A DNA stretch of 64,000 bases from Curvularia clavata (taxonomy: Eukaryota), in the NCBI GenBank assembly GCA_023920165.1, contig CP089280.1, positions 2,356,001 through 2,420,000 on the forward strand. The letters run 5' to 3'. This document shows positions 21,946 through 35,985 of the stretch, piece after piece (the first letter of the stretch is position 1; each line of letters opens with the position of its first letter). The position numbers and the translations under genes were made by a program. A model generated the notes under the pieces. The model was not told the origin of the DNA. It was given only the letters and a program-made list of their open reading frames with translations, and did no database searches.

Positions 21946-22965
21946 CTATCCCGTCTTCTCAAAGTACCGCGTCAAAATTCGCTCTTGATGCATAACCAGC
22001 CGTCTATGCGCCATTAGCGCGTCACGCAACCGCGTGTCCACCCATCCCTTGCCCAGCTTGTCATCCAGCAGCAAATGTGTGTACGCAAAAACGCTGGCGT
22101 CGAATAGGCCCGGCCTCTGCGCTCCAAAGAACCAGTCGTCCTTTCCTAGCAGCGTCTCCAGTGCCGCAAACGCCTCGGCGGCCTGGTTGTACAGTGTCTC
22201 GTCGCTGATGATGCTAGAGAACTTGACGAGTTCGGCCTCGGCGGCCAGACGCAGTTCGCGAGATATCGTGAGGCGCACAAAAGGGTTGCGCGAGGTGGGC
22301 AGGATATATAGGGGCTCGGCAATGGTGCTAAAGTTCTGGGAGAGGTAGACGGCATAGAGCTGCAATGTGTTAGCCATGACCCAGGCATTGTTCCCTCGGA
22401 CAAACATACCCAGGCTCTTCGTATCCGATGGTCTATCAGGCTGAGATATGCCTCGTATCGTACATCACCCGGCTCTTCAATTTCCTTGTCGCTATTGTTC
22501 ATGGCCCAGCGCTGCAGCTTACTCGACGGAACAGGGTGCGATTGCCTCGACGTCTCTGATGGCAGGGGAAGGAGAAATGGCAGCGAACCGCTTGGTGAGG
22601 CATGGTTGTTCGCTGAGGCGATCCGGAACGGTATCCTGGAGAACTTGAGGTATGCCTACGGTATGGTCAGTCCGCGTGGTGGGGTAATGGGGTATGCACA
22701 GCTATGTCCTGACCTGCCATTTCAAGCACGCCGGGTTATACGACGGTGCGCCTCGAAGAGCACCCTGCTCCGTGGTAAAGACGTACAGCACATGTGCGTT
22801 CTGGTCTTGGGGTGCGCGTTGCGGAAACTCGTTGACGGGGTATGTGAGGAGCGGGAATTGGTCGAAAAGCTGCTTTATCGGCGCAGGGACCGAGAGGATG
22901 CTATTTGACGGCGGTGTTTGTCTACTACTCGTAGCAGCAACATTGCTTCTGCCGGACCGCGACAT
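21946..22965 (-). CDS. SAM35: Mitochondrial outer-membrane SAM complex subunit Sam35 (metaxin-like)
   Basis: Spliced: PIKQLFDQFPLLTY...PSYNPACLKWQ|AYLKF...NEHASPSGSLPFLLP...GST-like C-terminus (WFFGAQRPGLFDASVFAYTHLLL). Confidence 0.82.
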
Positions 22966-23338
22966 GCTATCCGTGTGGTGAGGGCGGCGATGATGTCGCA
23001 AAAAGTCCCATGCGGCCCGGAGCCGAGGAAAGCAACGCCGATCATTAGCATGTTGCAGTACACCCACGTCTCACTAATAGACAACATCTTTTTTTTTCAA
23101 AAGAAAAAAGAAAAATTATCCTGCACACCCTATTATTAGAGCCGCAGAATAAAGTGTTTATTTGTCACAGCATTGATTGCACAGGCATTCAGTTCCACAG
23201 GCATTTGTCAAACATATCAAATTCTATACATGGGTGATATCTCGCTCCTTCGTCAAGCGGGCTGCCGCTTATTAATTTCGTCACTCATCACAGGCTCAAG
23301 CCTATGCTCCAAGCCCTATCCTCCCAGAAACAACCCGC

Positions 23339-25802
23339 TTAGATAAGCTGCTGGAAAGCACGGTCGAGAGGAGATCGCAGAGGCTTGACCTCCTTGTAGA
23401 AGTCAATGGTGGCCTTCGCGCGCTTGGCAATACCCTCGGGGGTGAACTCAAACTTCTGTAATGGGCATTAGCATCTATCTTGCGTGTGATGAATATTTGG
23501 TTTATTCTTACCTTGTAGACCTCCTTGTATGGACCAGAGGCACCGAAGCGGTTCAAACCAAACTGCTCGTGCGAGTACTTCTCCCAGCCCATGGTGGACA
23601 TGACCTCAACGCTGAGCGATGGGATACCACCGGGGATGACTGACATCTTGTACTCCTTATCTTGGGCGTCAAAGACCTCGAAGCAAGGCAGCGAAGCAAC
23701 ACGGGCGGTGATTCCCTGCTCCTTGAGAGTCTTGACAGCCTCCAAGCAGAGAGAAACCTCAGAACCAGTGGAGACGAGGGTGATCTGGGCGTCCTTGTCC
23801 TCAAGAGCGACGTAACCTCCCTTGATAGCCTTCTCGAGCGTTGAGCCCTCAAGCTGGGGAAGGTTCTGGCGGGTAAGGGCAAGGATGGATGGCGTGCCCT
23901 TGGAGGTGAGCGCCATGTAGTAAGCAGCAGAGCACTCGTTTCCGTCGGCTGGGCGCCAGACCATCATGTTAGGCAGAGCACGGAAGTGGGCAAGAGTCTC
24001 GATAGGCTGGTGGGTAGGGCCGTCCTCACCAAGACCAATCGAGTCGTGGGTAGCGACGTAGATGACGCGCTGGTGTGAGAGCGAAGACAGACGAGCAGCA
24101 CCGGCAGCGTAGGACATGAAGTTGAGGAAAGTACCACCGGCAGGGATGATGGTGCCGTAGGCGGACATTCCGTTCATGACAGCGGCCATGGCGTGCTCGC
24201 GGACACCGTATCTCAGGTATCGGCCAGACCACTCACCAATGCCGAGATCCGGAGGCTGGAAGTCGACAGCCTTCTTCCACCTGGTGTTGTTGGAGCCAGT
24301 CAGATCGGCAGAGCCGGAGAGAAGCTCTGGGACGACGTCGTGGATAGCCTCGAGGACCGACTCGGAGAGCTTTCTTGAGGCAATCGCAGGGTCGGAAGGC
24401 TTGTATGTGGGGAGGGCCTTTTGCCAGCCCTCGGGAAGGTCGCCAGTAAGACGGCGGGTGAGGTCGGCGTGGAGCTCCTTGTGCTCCTCGCCGTACTTCT
24501 TCAGGAGCTTGTTCCACTCCTCCTCAGCAGCAGCACCCTCGGCAGCGTGCTTGTGGTACATGTCATAGACCTCCTGGGGGACCTGGAACATCTTCTCGGG
24601 GTCGAAGCCGAACTTCTCCTTGACCTGCTTGCAGTCGTCGGCCTTGAGAGGGTTGCCGTGGACACCGCCGGTACCCTGGAGAACGGAACCGAAACCAATG
24701 GTGGTGGTGAGCTTGATCATTGAGGGCTTGTCGGTGACCTTCTTGGCCTCGGCAATGGCCTTCTCGATGCCCTCAAGGTCAGTGTCACCGTTGGGGACAT
24801 GCTGGACGTGCCAGCCGTACGCCTCGAAGCGCTTGGAGACGTCCTCAGTGAAGGCGCACTTGGTGTCACCGTCTGGAGCAGGTTAGGCTCAAAGTGCAAT
24901 TTTTTCAATCTACCAGCAAAACTCACCAATGGAAATGTGGTTGTCGTCGTAGATGGCAATGAGGTTGCCGAGCTTCAAGTGGCCAGCCATTGAAGCAGCC
25001 TCGCTGGCGATACCCTCCATGGCACAGCCATCACCAAAGAACATGTATACGTGGTTGTTGATCAGCTCGTAGCCGGGCTTGTTGAAGACGGCGGCGGTGT
25101 GCTTCTCAGCAATGGCGAGACCGACGGCGTTGGCGAAACCCTGACCGAGAGGGCCAGTGGTAACCTCAACACCGGGGGTGTCGTGGGACTCGGGGTGGCC
25201 GGGGGTGATGCTGTCGATTTGCTGTGACGAGTTCAGTATTTGTCCTGAATCTGTAGCCCTTTTTTTTTAACTTACACGGAACTTCTTGAGGTCCTCAATG
25301 CTGACATCGTAGCCGAAGAGGTGGATCAGCGCATACTGGAGCATGCATCCGTGACCGTTGCTGCGACCCAGTTAGCAGTGTCGTCCAAACGTGAACCGCG
25401 CCGCCATTGGAAACAGCAAGGCGCAGAAAAGTACGTACGAAAGAACGAAGCGGTCGCGGTTGACCCAGTTGGGGTTCTTGGGGTTGAAGGTCATGAACTT
25501 GTTGAACAGGACGTGGGCCACTGGGGCCATGCCCATGGGCGCACCCGGATGACCCGAGTTGGCCTGGAATGTGGCATCGACCTGTACAGAGGCCAAAAGT
25601 CAGCCATTGAGTTGTTTTGCAGCTTCAAAAGGAGGCTCGTTGTTGGCAAAGCTAGCTTGTTGAGGCGGCAGAGGAGCTTGCCGCCAGCGGGGCAGAGCTG
25701 TTTGGGACAATGGTGGGGGGGTGAAACAGCACAGAGGGGGATACATACCGCTAGGGTTCGGATGGTGTTGATTGCGAGCTCATCGGTCTTTCCGTACGGC
25801 AT
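23339..25802 (-). CDS. TKL1: Transketolase (multi-exon)
   Basis: [40 protein letters not shown]-binding [31 protein letters not shown]. Confidence 0.97.
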
Positions 25803-26780
25803 GATGGGCAGACTGTCGATGGGAAAAGAATGGGAGGAGAAAAGAAGAAGATCGCAGGTGGCTACGCGCTGCGATGTTTAGGTTTTGTAGGATAGTGGGG
25901 GTGGGTGATGCTAAGGCCGTCATGCCTGCCTCAGATACCTATGATGCACCAAAAGTGGAACACCAGGTGGGGTCCTCGAGCCAGCCTGATTACATCAATT
26001 CCGCCCACCGCCCACTCTCTTCAATGCACGCGTATTGGGTAAGCCGCCATTGCGCTGACAGGGACTCCCTATTGCCCGTCCGGTCCACTGACTGTCTCTT
26101 ACTAACCTCTTGCCTGCTCTGTCCCTGTCTGCATTCGTTGCCCTCTTCCGCCATGCGCCGAAGACCACCGTATCCCGGATCACACTGCGCCGGCCGCCAC
26201 GGTCATGCTATTTTTTGGCTCCGTTTTCAACCTCTGCCCTTGAGCCAGCCAGCCAGGGCAGACACCGAGCAGAAAAAAAAACGACTCTGAGCATAATTCT
26301 TCCGGGCATCAATTGCCGACACGCCCCCGCGATCGGCGCCGCGGCCGAAACGGCCTTTGAGGCTCAAACTTCATCAATGGACTGGAACCCTCTGTTGGAC
26401 TAGAGCCGGCTATTTAACCTATTCCCCGAGGGTGCATTCGACAACTGCGATAGCGTGGGACTTGGTGTTGATATTGCAATTAGCCCAAATAGCGGGATGC
26501 GGCAGTCATTTACCCTGTTACCCTGACAAACCCAACAGAATCTACGCGCCAAGCACCAATGGATGCGGGCATAGCACCACGCCCGCCGTTGTTTGAGAAA
26601 ATGATAGTGAGTAAACACGTGAGAAATAACCCCAAGAAAAGTACAGTCATGACTAGGGTTCAGTCTCCGTTTCCATAGCTCTTAATTAGAAGAAATAAAT
26701 AAATAAAAATATGTATACATAAGACAAAAGAAAGGATATATAGTCAAGAATCAAAATGTCCGCTCTGTCTGCGGAACTTC

Positions 26781-29063
26781 TCACCTTCGTACGCCGTCAC
26801 CCCACCCCACCTCTAGAAACAAATCTTCGCCCTTCTTCCGTGGTGTCAGTCTCGGAATCCATACGGGGCTCTTGAGCCCGTCTGCGCCAAAATCGACGTC
26901 AACATCTCTGCCAATGTTCACCTCCTTCATATCTTCTCTCTTCCTAACGTTCAGAGGCCTCACAACTTGCTCTTCGTACATGACTGGACTCTTGCCCCAC
27001 GTTCCGCTCTGCACCCGGCTTTTTCTCTCAAAGCCATTCTTCGAGGCAGGCGTCGTGCTCCATGATTCTGCGCTGACGCTGCGCACATGTGAACGTCCGT
27101 TGCGATGAGGTGGGCTGACGACCCGGCGCGGCGGCGACGTAAAGGGGTCGCGGTGCGGGCTTTCAAGTCGAGGCCGGGATTCCAGTAAAAGTGGAGGCAG
27201 GGCATTGTTGCGTTTCTGAAGAAGCGACGATGCATCTGGCACTCGGTGCGGGCTCTGGAACCTGTGTTGTGGTGGACTGCGCGACACCAACTGGTTCGAC
27301 GCTCGCGGTACCTTTGGATATCGCAGCTTGGAGATTGGAGACTCTGCAACAGGCGATAGTGGCGGCTTGTTATTGCTGCTGTCATCAGACAACTGCTTCT
27401 GGTCGTCTTCATCTTCAGGCGTTGGGTCGTCGGGGTCGACCGTCTCGAAAGACGTCTGACTGGACAGCGAATCACGCTGGTTTGTCCAAGTGCGGGAAAT
27501 CGTACTCGATGATTTCTTGGGCTTGATCTCTATAGTCCTGGGTGACTCTTTTGGGCGAATGATACGTGTGGGGCTAGCTTTGGGTGCCGCACGACTTGGC
27601 TGGCTTGAGAAGTAGTAGTCGATGATGTCTCCAGAGCTGCCGTCGTCGCGCGAGCTTGGCGTCGTGGCTTTAGACTCATATGAATTCATTGTAGATGACA
27701 TCTGGAAAGGCGATGCTAGCCGGGGACGTTGCGCGGGTTGCTGACGAGGTTGCGATGCACTATTACTAGGCAACTCTGCCGTAGCCACTTGCTTTGGCTC
27801 AACTCTTCCCTGTTGGACTGGCATACTAAGAAACAGCTCAGAGCCTCGGCTGCTTCCCTGAGCGCTTGTATTATTAGAATTTGTTGCGGTCCTCGTAGGC
27901 TGCAATGAGCGAATGGGTGGAACCGGGACTGGAGGCGCCGGTGGAAATGTCGAGGATCCTCGGCGTGATACCACTTCGTCCTCTTCGAAGACAGTCTCTT
28001 CTGTCATTGTACTGTACGGTCGCAGAGAGTTATTAGCCTGGGGCTGCTTTGAGCCAGGCAGTGTTGGCTGAGTGGCAGCTGGTGCTGGTTTCTTGGGTGC
28101 TAGAGGGTTCCCGTCCAGCTCTGCGCTTATGGCGACGCCGATTTGGTCTAACGGCAACGAAGAATTGGAAGAACCATTAGAAGTCCCTACTCCAAGCCGC
28201 TGCTTGAGGCGGCCTCCTTTTTGTCGTCTCCCCGGACCCAAGGCCGGTTCCGGCATGGGCGGAAGCTGCTTCACTGGTTCAGGGCTATCCTGCATAGGAA
28301 GATAACGCGAGAATCGTGTCGAGAATTTCTTGTCGTGCTGTCTCCGATCTTTGTCGTCGAAAAGCATAGTGTTTCTCTGTTCCTTCCGTCTCCTCAACCA
28401 CACGCTCAAAGCCATAAGTCCAATAGCCAAGACGAAGGCAGCTACGGCAGCCACTGAGAGCCCAGCAATCTGTGCAGGTGTCATTCTTGGTTTGTCATCT
28501 GCAGCTGTGGTAACCGGGGCCGATGTAGGTGTCGCTGACGAGGTGGGCGATGGAAACGACGAGACAGTGTCGACGAAAGCAGACTGAGTCGAACTGGTTT
28601 GAGTATGCTGATCTGAAGTGATAGTTGGAGTCGTCGTAGCTACCGACTTCCCTGAAGACGGTGACGCCGTGCTAGTTACCACATAAGTGAGAGTGCTTTT
28701 GGTTGGCATGACTGCATCTGGCTGTCCTAGACATATCCCGTATGCTGTGCTGAGGTGGTTCTTGGATTCTTCAGCTGAGCATGATAGATAGATGCAACCC
28801 AAGGCCACTTCACCGAGTGACTCTCCCAAGGTACTGTAATGTGAACAAAGACAGTGAAGATTCTGTTGACCAGAGCATGCTACGGGGAACCTTTCGTCCA
28901 GCGAAGACCGTAGACATGACTGTGCACAAGAGGGTACGTTTTGTTGAAGCGACTGTGGAAGTGTTTGTGGTGTGGGAGCGACAGTAGGAGCGGCCAGCAA
29001 TGGCGAAGCTAGTATTACAAAGACTGATGATATCCATGGCCTTTTGAAATGGCGCAAAAGCAT
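26781..29063 (-). CDS. Single-pass membrane protein with a CFEM-like Cys-rich ectodomain and a long Ser/Pro-rich cytoplasmic tail
   Basis: Signal-peptide-like start MLLRHFKRPWISSVFVILASPLLA; VPSCAQSCL...C...HCLCS...C..C..C; S/T stalk; TM helix IAGLSVAAVAAFVLAIGLMALSVWL followed by RRRK. Confidence 0.75.
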   Translation of the reverse strand: MLLRHFKRPWISSVFVILASPLLAAPTVAPTPQTLPQSLQQNVPSCAQSCLRSSLDERFPVACSGQQNLHCLCSHYSTLGESLGEVALGCIYLSCSAEESKNHLSTAYGICLGQPDAVMPTKSTLTYVVTSTASPSSGKSVATTTPTITSDQHTQTSSTQSAFVDTVSSFPSPTSSATPTSAPVTTAADDKPRMTPAQIAGLSVAAVAAFVLAIGLMALSVWLRRRKEQRNTMLFDDKDRRQHDKKFSTRFSRYLPMQDSPEPVKQLPPMPEPALGPGRRQKGGRLKQRLGVGTSNGSSNSSLPLDQIGVAISAELDGNPLAPKKPAPAATQPTLPGSKQPQANNSLRPYSTMTEETVFEEDEVVSRRGSSTFPPAPPVPVPPIRSLQPTRTATNSNNTSAQGSSRGSELFLSMPVQQGRVEPKQVATAELPSNSASQPRQQPAQRPRLASPFQMSSTMNSYESKATTPSSRDDGSSGDIIDYYFSSQPSRAAPKASPTRIIRPKESPRTIEIKPKKSSSTISRTWTNQRDSLSSQTSFETVDPDDPTPEDEDDQKQLSDDSSNNKPPLSPVAESPISKLRYPKVPRASNQLVSRSPPQHRFQSPHRVPDASSLLQKRNNALPPLLLESRPRLESPHRDPFTSPPRRVVSPPHRNGRSHVRSVSAESWSTTPASKNGFERKSRVQSGTWGKSPVMYEEQVVRPLNVRKREDMKEVNIGRDVDVDFGADGLKSPVWIPRLTPRKKGEDLFLEVGWGDGVRR

Positions 29064-31564
29064 AATTGTACAGTACCTGAACCAGAATAAACAACATGCT
29101 TTCAGATTAGGGCAAGGCGAGATGGTACTCACTAAGAGATCTAGACATGAGGGCAAATGCAAGGAAGCGCCGAGCCAGCAGCGGAAAGGGACAAGGAAAT
29201 TGAAGGAGAAAGACTCAAGGAAATTCGTAACACGCCTCAGGCCTCATGAAGTTTTGTCGATGTATCCAAATCCAAGCCGACGGGGGCTGATAAGCTAACA
29301 ATATGTAGTATTGGCATGTTTGCCAGCCGCCGTGTCAGAGCGATGCCTGGGCAACCGCTGAGGCGGCAAGTTGGGAGCATACCGAGGCCGTTGACACCCA
29401 TGGTAAGCGCTCGCAGGACGAACACAGAATGATTGACTGGAGAGGCGTCGGTTGTACGCTGTGGTGATGCAAAGTTGCTATTCTAGGCGCTGGTATGCTG
29501 CGCTAAGCGCTGAGGTACAAAACTAGTCTACCATGTCAGCCAGTAGTTGCACAGCATCGGGATGCTCGTCACACAGAACACCAAAGCGAGCCTTGGCCTA
29601 CGTGCAGTGCAGAGGACGAAAATAGGTGTATATCCACTGCATGCTGCATTAATAGTGACAATGCAATACTCCGCCTCCAGCACACATCTGCAATTGATAC
29701 TTGTACATGGTGCGATGGTCGACTCACAACGCCTCTGCGTTGTCAATGGCCACAACATCACCTGATCAAAGTATCCTGTTTCACTGTGGTCTGCTCACCA
29801 TGGATATATCTGCCTAGATATGTATAGTGCGCACACGTTGACTGAATCCATGGGAAAGCACTCTGTTCAACGGCCAAGGGTCCCAGGTTATATAGAAGTC
29901 ACGTGCTGGACGGCGACACCTGCGGTTAGAGTTGCCTGCGGGAATGTAGATCGCATGCAACGATCCCGAAAGATGGAGGAGTTGCGGCAATGCTACGAGA
30001 AGGACCGCAAGTGAGCCGGACCGATACAGTGAACAGAAGAAGGTTGCGAGTCATAATGACGTATTCTGGGCTTCTACGTTGCGTCTCTTGTGGAGCTGGT
30101 ACAGCAGAGAATGGAAAGGACCGGAGCAAGGCATGTACAATACAGGCAAAGACAGACGATGGGAATTGAGATGTCTCTGCGCGTGCATGCTGGCGGCTCC
30201 TATGTATAAGCACGGAATGGCTTTCGGTTCGTGTGGAAGCATGTGAATGGGCCCACGGACGATCGATCGAAGGTAATCTCTAACAAAGCCCTACCAGCTA
30301 CCAGAACGCGGTGTTAAAGGTTAGTACAAGACAAAATAAGGACTTCGTTACGATAGTAGTGCCTCTGCTCGGTCGATACCATGCCCCCTTTTTCACCGAC
30401 GCTCACACATGGCCATGGCTTCCACGTGTGGTTCGTGGATCGTCCCGCCTGTTCGAGTCAAGGGATTCGTGCTGAAGCCGCGACTTGGGACACATCATCC
30501 TAGTGAGCAAGATGGAAGGGTCTGGGTGGCAAAAGCTGTTGAGGCGCCTAGGGGCTCCATAGTGAGTTCGAGATGCTGAGAACCACAGACGAACGGGTAG
30601 TGGCACCGCGTCTCAGTGGCCAGTGGTATGCGTTCATAAAAATGTGATCAACACCCGCCCGGCCAGGCACGATTGCCACCTGCACCCAGCGCTGGGGCAA
30701 GATGACGACGGTACGCGTCGCTTACTTTGGACGTTAAGAGCCAAGGTGCCTGGGAGAAAGCAGAGAGACGTGAGTGGTGATTGGTTGCAGTGTGCACGAG
30801 TCGGGGAGATGAAGAGGGGATAAGACGACGGAGGTTTGGCGACTGTAGGCGGCCTATCGGAGCTACCCGAATGTGGTAAGGTGTCAATAGAAGCCTGGTC
30901 GAGGCTCACCGAGAAGCGAACAGCCAGTGGCGGATCGAGTGGCTGGCGCAAACAAGGAGCACGGCAGTTTTGTTTGATTTTTTTTTTCTTTCCTCCGTAC
31001 GAATACAATGGCATTATGACGACGGGCAATTTGGGTGGGGGGAGCACGAGATGGCATTAAAAGCAAGCAAGCGATGTCGGACTGGGGGGTGGCGTGTGAA
31101 GAGCGGCAGAGAGGAGGTGGCAGTAACATGGGACGGAGCAAGACAAGGTTTCCAGCCGTGCTTGGGGTCTGCTGCGGCTCCGAGCGTCAGGCTCGTCTTA
31201 ATTCGATGGAGCCCTCATTTTCCACAAACCTTCTAGAAGCGTAACTAGCCAAAAGTCGGGCGGGACGAGTTCGGGAGTCGAGTGGCTCGACAGCGCTTCC
31301 ATGTCTTCAGGGCTTTTGCAGGCTATTGAGGGGGGCGAGGCGACACCAGGGCGGACGGAGCCGATTGCTAATCAGAGGCAAGCTACGACTAGAGAGCAGG
31401 GCGAGCCAGCAGACGGCGAGGCGCGAGGGGGAGCATGAGAGATGAACGGGCGGATGACTACCAGGTACTATTGCCATGCCATGCCGGGTTCCTGAGCGAG
31501 GGGAGTGGGCGGGCGGTGGCCGTCTAGTGGGCGGGCGGGTAGTGTGTCGAGTGTAGTGCGTCGT

Positions 31565-31584
31565 GTGTCGTGTCGTGTCGTGTC
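31565..31584 (+). repeat. (GTGTC)4 microsatellite in a GT-rich low-complexity tract
   Basis: Read directly from the sequence. Confidence 0.8.
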
Positions 31585-32532
31585 GGACGTGTCGTGCGTC
31601 AAGAGTCGTGCGTCTTGTCTGTGGCAGAGAGCTGGGCTGATGATCGCAGCGCAAGGCGAGCAGCAGCAGAGCAGAGAGACAAGTCGATGGGTCTAGTCTG
31701 CTGTAGTTGGAGCGAGACGCAGGTGGGCGGAGGTTTGCCAGTGGGTGCAGCAGCAGCGAGTGGCCCGCGCCTTCCCAGCTAGACTCTGGCGGCCCTTCCT
31801 TTCCAGGATGGTACCGCACGATTCCGGCAAGCGCGTCTCCTTTCGCGGCCTTCTTCAAGCTCTCTTCATACAACCCTCTCGTTCTTTGCTTCTCCCAAAC
31901 GTTGTCACCAACCTGCCGGCATTCACTGGAAACCAGCTGCAGCGTGCGACTCCCGCCCGTTCTGCATCCCGCCTGACCAACGTCTTGTGAGCACCGCCAA
32001 AGCCTCGTACCTGGCCCTTTGTCCTCCTCTGCAGCGAGCAATCCACCCCAGCCGATCCTTCTTCCCCCCCGAACCGACCGTGCAGCAACCCTGAAAGCAC
32101 CTCGGAGCCAAGCGAGGCCAGTCTCGTTCTCCATACGCCAGCCATCCCTTGACGCCCTCTTCGTCTTTTACCCCTTCCCCGTTTAATCACAACACTCTCA
32201 CACCCACCCACTCATCCTCTCGCACACGCGCCCTCTCGCCCTTGCGAGTTAGTCCTTTGTAATAACAGGTGAGCCTTTTTTTTCTCTTCCGCAGCACGTC
32301 GACGCCTCCACTGCTGCTGCTACACTGCTCCTGCATCGCTGCATCGTTCGCCCAGCCACGCTCTCTCGCTTGCGCGCAGCTCTAGTGCAGTCTTGCCTGC
32401 CCTCCTGCCCTGCCATTGAGCCATCTGTTGACACTGCCTGCCAGGTTTCCGCGTTGGCCGGCCTCGACGGAACATCGCCCATCTACCTTTGATATCTAAT
32501 CATCGTCCCGGACTCCGTCCCCTACCGCCGCT

Positions 32533-33751
32533 ATGGGTTGTGGAATGAGCACAGAAGAGAAGGAGGGAAAGCAGAGAAATGAGGAGATTGAGAACCAGCT
32601 GAAGCGCGACAAGCTGATGCAGCGCAATGAGATCAAGATGTTGCTCCTGGGTTAGTATCGCGCCGCGACACGGACTCGCACAATCTCTAACACGGTGCAG
32701 GAGCTGGTGAATCCGGAAAGTCGACCATCCTCAAGCAGATGAAGCTCATCCACGAGGGTGGCTACTCGCGCGATGAGCGTGAGTCGTTCAAGGAAATCAT
32801 CTTCAGCAACACGGTGCAGTCGATGCGCGTCATCCTCGAGGCCATGGAGTCGCTCGAGCTGCCGCTTGACGACCAGCGCGCCGAGTACCACGTCCAGACC
32901 ATCTTTATGCAACCCGCGCAGATTGAGGGCGACAGCCTGCCACCAGAGGTCGGAAACGCCATCTCTGTTCTCTGGAAGGATGCTGGTGTGCAGCAGTGCT
33001 TCCAGCGCTCGCGTGAGTACCAGCTCAACGATTCGGCCAAATAGTGAGTACCTGCCCTGACCCGACATGCGCGTCGCCACTGACCGTCTCAGCTACTTCG
33101 ACTCAATTGACCGCATCGCTGCGCCCGACTACATTCCCAATGACCAGGACGTGCTCCGCTCTCGTGTCAAGACAACTGGTATTACTGAGACGACCTTTAT
33201 CATCGGCGATCTCACCTACCGCATGTTCGACGTCGGTGGTCAGCGATCTGAGCGTAAGAAGTGGATACACTGCTTCGAGAATGTCACCACCATCCTCTTC
33301 CTGGTCGCCATCTCCGAGTACGACCAGCTGCTGTTTGAGGACGAGACCGTCAACCGTATGCAGGAAGCCCTGACACTATTCGACTCCATCTGCAACTCGC
33401 GGTGGTTCGTCAAGACTTCGATCATTCTGTTCCTTAACAAGATCGATCGCTTTAAGGAGAAGCTGCCCGTCAGCCCCATGAAGAACTACTTCCCCGACTA
33501 CGAGGGCGGTCCGGACTACGCTGCCGCCTGCGACTACATCCTCAACCGCTTCGTTTCGCTCAACCAACACGAGACTAAGCAAATCTACACGCACTTCACC
33601 TGCGCCACTGACACTATGCAAATCCGATTCGTCATGGCCGCTGTAAATGGTATGCTCCATGTCCCCCTTTACCCCGTTTGACGACGCTAACGATTTTTTC
33701 TTCACAGATATCATAATCCAGGAGAACCTGCGATTGTGCGGTTTGATATAA
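32533..33751 (+). CDS. GNA1: Heterotrimeric G-protein alpha subunit, fungal group I (GNA1/FadA-type)
   Basis: MGCGMS myristoylation start, [30 protein letters not shown]-terminal NLRLCGLI*; introns 32651-32700, 33044-33092 and 33650-33707. Confidence 0.97.
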
Positions 33752-35985
33752 GGGCAAGAACGAGGGAGTACACGAAATGTATTCCAGCTTGCTCTTGTAT
33801 CACGGCTTGTATGCCTCATGTCCTTCACAGGCGTTGTGGACTTTGCTTTGCATGCTTGCGCTTCCGTCGAGAAATGGCTCTGCTCTAGACCCGCATTGCT
33901 CTCTCTTTGATACCCTGCGGGCGGGCTAGAGAAGCCATGGATTCACACCATCCGCGAAGCCGTCTTTTCTTCTCTCCTTCTATTATTCTTTCTGTCGACA
34001 TCTTTCTTGGGGGGCAAAGAGAGATTGGGTATTGGAACGCGTGCCTCTACTACAAAAGATCTTTCGAGTGGGCCAGCGCGCGCGACGCATGTGGAGCCGC
34101 GGCCAAAAGAAGGATTTCTTTTTCATTTCCTAATACTATGCCTCTTCCTTCTCTCTTTTTTTTTCTTTTGCTTCTTACTTCTTTCTTTTACCTCCTCCGA
34201 GAGTATCTACTTAGTACTACTGCCATGTCGTTGAGGTGTTTTCTTGTCCTGATTTGGCAGGTCCGCTTAGTATGTATACAGAGTGTGCGATATGTAGTGA
34301 AATGATGAAAGAAAAACTGGTATATGAGAGTTTTGTATGTCTATATTAATCAATGCAGAGCGCGAGGGTCTTGTTATTATCATTACTGTTCTATATATAA
34401 TTGACAAGTTTTTTTTTCTTTGTGATTGTGTGCATATAACCGCTGGTTAGTCGTTCTACTGTATTCCAATAAGCTATGTTGGAGACGATCCGTCATGCTG
34501 GGTAGACTAAGCATGACGAAGATTGTAAAAGCAACAAGAGGAAGGGGCCCCTCGTGTTCGTCTCGTATCTGCACATGGATGATCAGCAAGGACGGGTCGA
34601 ACCGAGTTGAGACATGTCGGGCGTTTGAGTCGGGCCGTGGGCGTTGGGAGGGTTGGGCTCGTCGATGCATGTGATGTGGCATGAGATTGATTAGCTGTTG
34701 TGCTGAAATAGATTGAGTTGAATTGCAATGTGATAAGAGGAGTAATGACTAGAGCGGTTTCAGGTTTTAAGCCGCAATAAACAAAACTGGCAATGAGGAC
34801 AGCGGCATGGGTTGGAATGTGGTGATATGCGTCCCTGGAGAATGTACACCTAGGTGCTTGTCTGGGATGCAACCATACCATTTGTTGATGCCAGCTGAAG
34901 CCCTAGTGCAGTCTCATTACGCAAAATGTTTGTGTAAGGTCGAACCACGCAGCTCGATTATTCAGACCATGTCGTCATGTACGGGACGTTCGGGTTGGAA
35001 AAGAAACAAAGAAGGCGTTGTGCTTGGTGGTCTTGGCTTGCATCAGCCACGGAAGCAGCCACATCACCAGCCACGGGAAACCGGAATCGAGGAGCAGCCA
35101 TGTGGAGAGGCCAAACGACGGGCACCGTATAGGCTGACCTGTTAGGTGCCTCAGTCTTGTATGCATTGCATCAATACCGCGGCACGAGGCCCACTTGTGG
35201 ATACGGCAGCAGCAACGTCAACGGCTGCGACCGTCCGTACATGGCAGGCAGCAAGAGGACGAATTGAGGCGGACAAAGTGGAAGAGAGGGAGAGAGAGAG
35301 ACGGATGGGGATTGCACGAATCCCACGCGTTGGTACCATACGTAGGTACTGTGCATGGCACCGCCCGCTAGAGGCTCTGGTACATGCATGTCAGACGTCG
35401 TCGCGTAGAGGATGGGCCTTGGCTACCTAGTTAGCCGCCCCCGTCTACTCGGGCGTATCTCGAAGCAGCCGGCAGCCGCAGCGCGTACGGGACATGTTTG
35501 GCTGCGCAGTGAGACAGATTTGCCATTGCGGCATTTGTATCTCTGGCCAATGCACACGCTCACAGGATGCCTAGTAGCCGTCAGTTGAGCAGCCGCAAGT
35601 TCCGCCGGGCGCCGCTCCTCCCAATCGTCTCCGTGGCCGCAAGAGACAGATTGCGCGCCTTGTTCAGCCCTCTGTATTGCTGCTGTTGCTGTGCATTGCA
35701 TTTCCCTAGGCCAGGCCAGATATGCGGCGGCCCCCAAGCTCTATTCATCATCTCCACCCCCTAAAGCCCAGACGCTGCCGCCCGGCCAGAGAAACAGAAA
35801 CACGTCCTCCTCTCCCTCAGACTTACACCCATTCTTACTTACGTACGTGCATGTCGTGAAGCCCGCCTTCTGCCAACCCGCGGCGCATCATCAAGCAATA
35901 CTTGGCTGCCGCGGACCGACCAAAGAGCCCTGATTGAACGCGTAGCCACTCGCCGAGGCGGTGCACCCGCCCACCGCCCGCCAAC

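Noticed and set aside
31307..32134. 275-aa minus-strand ORF upstream of G-alpha
   Set aside because: Runs through GC-rich low-complexity and microsatellite sequence; no domain features.
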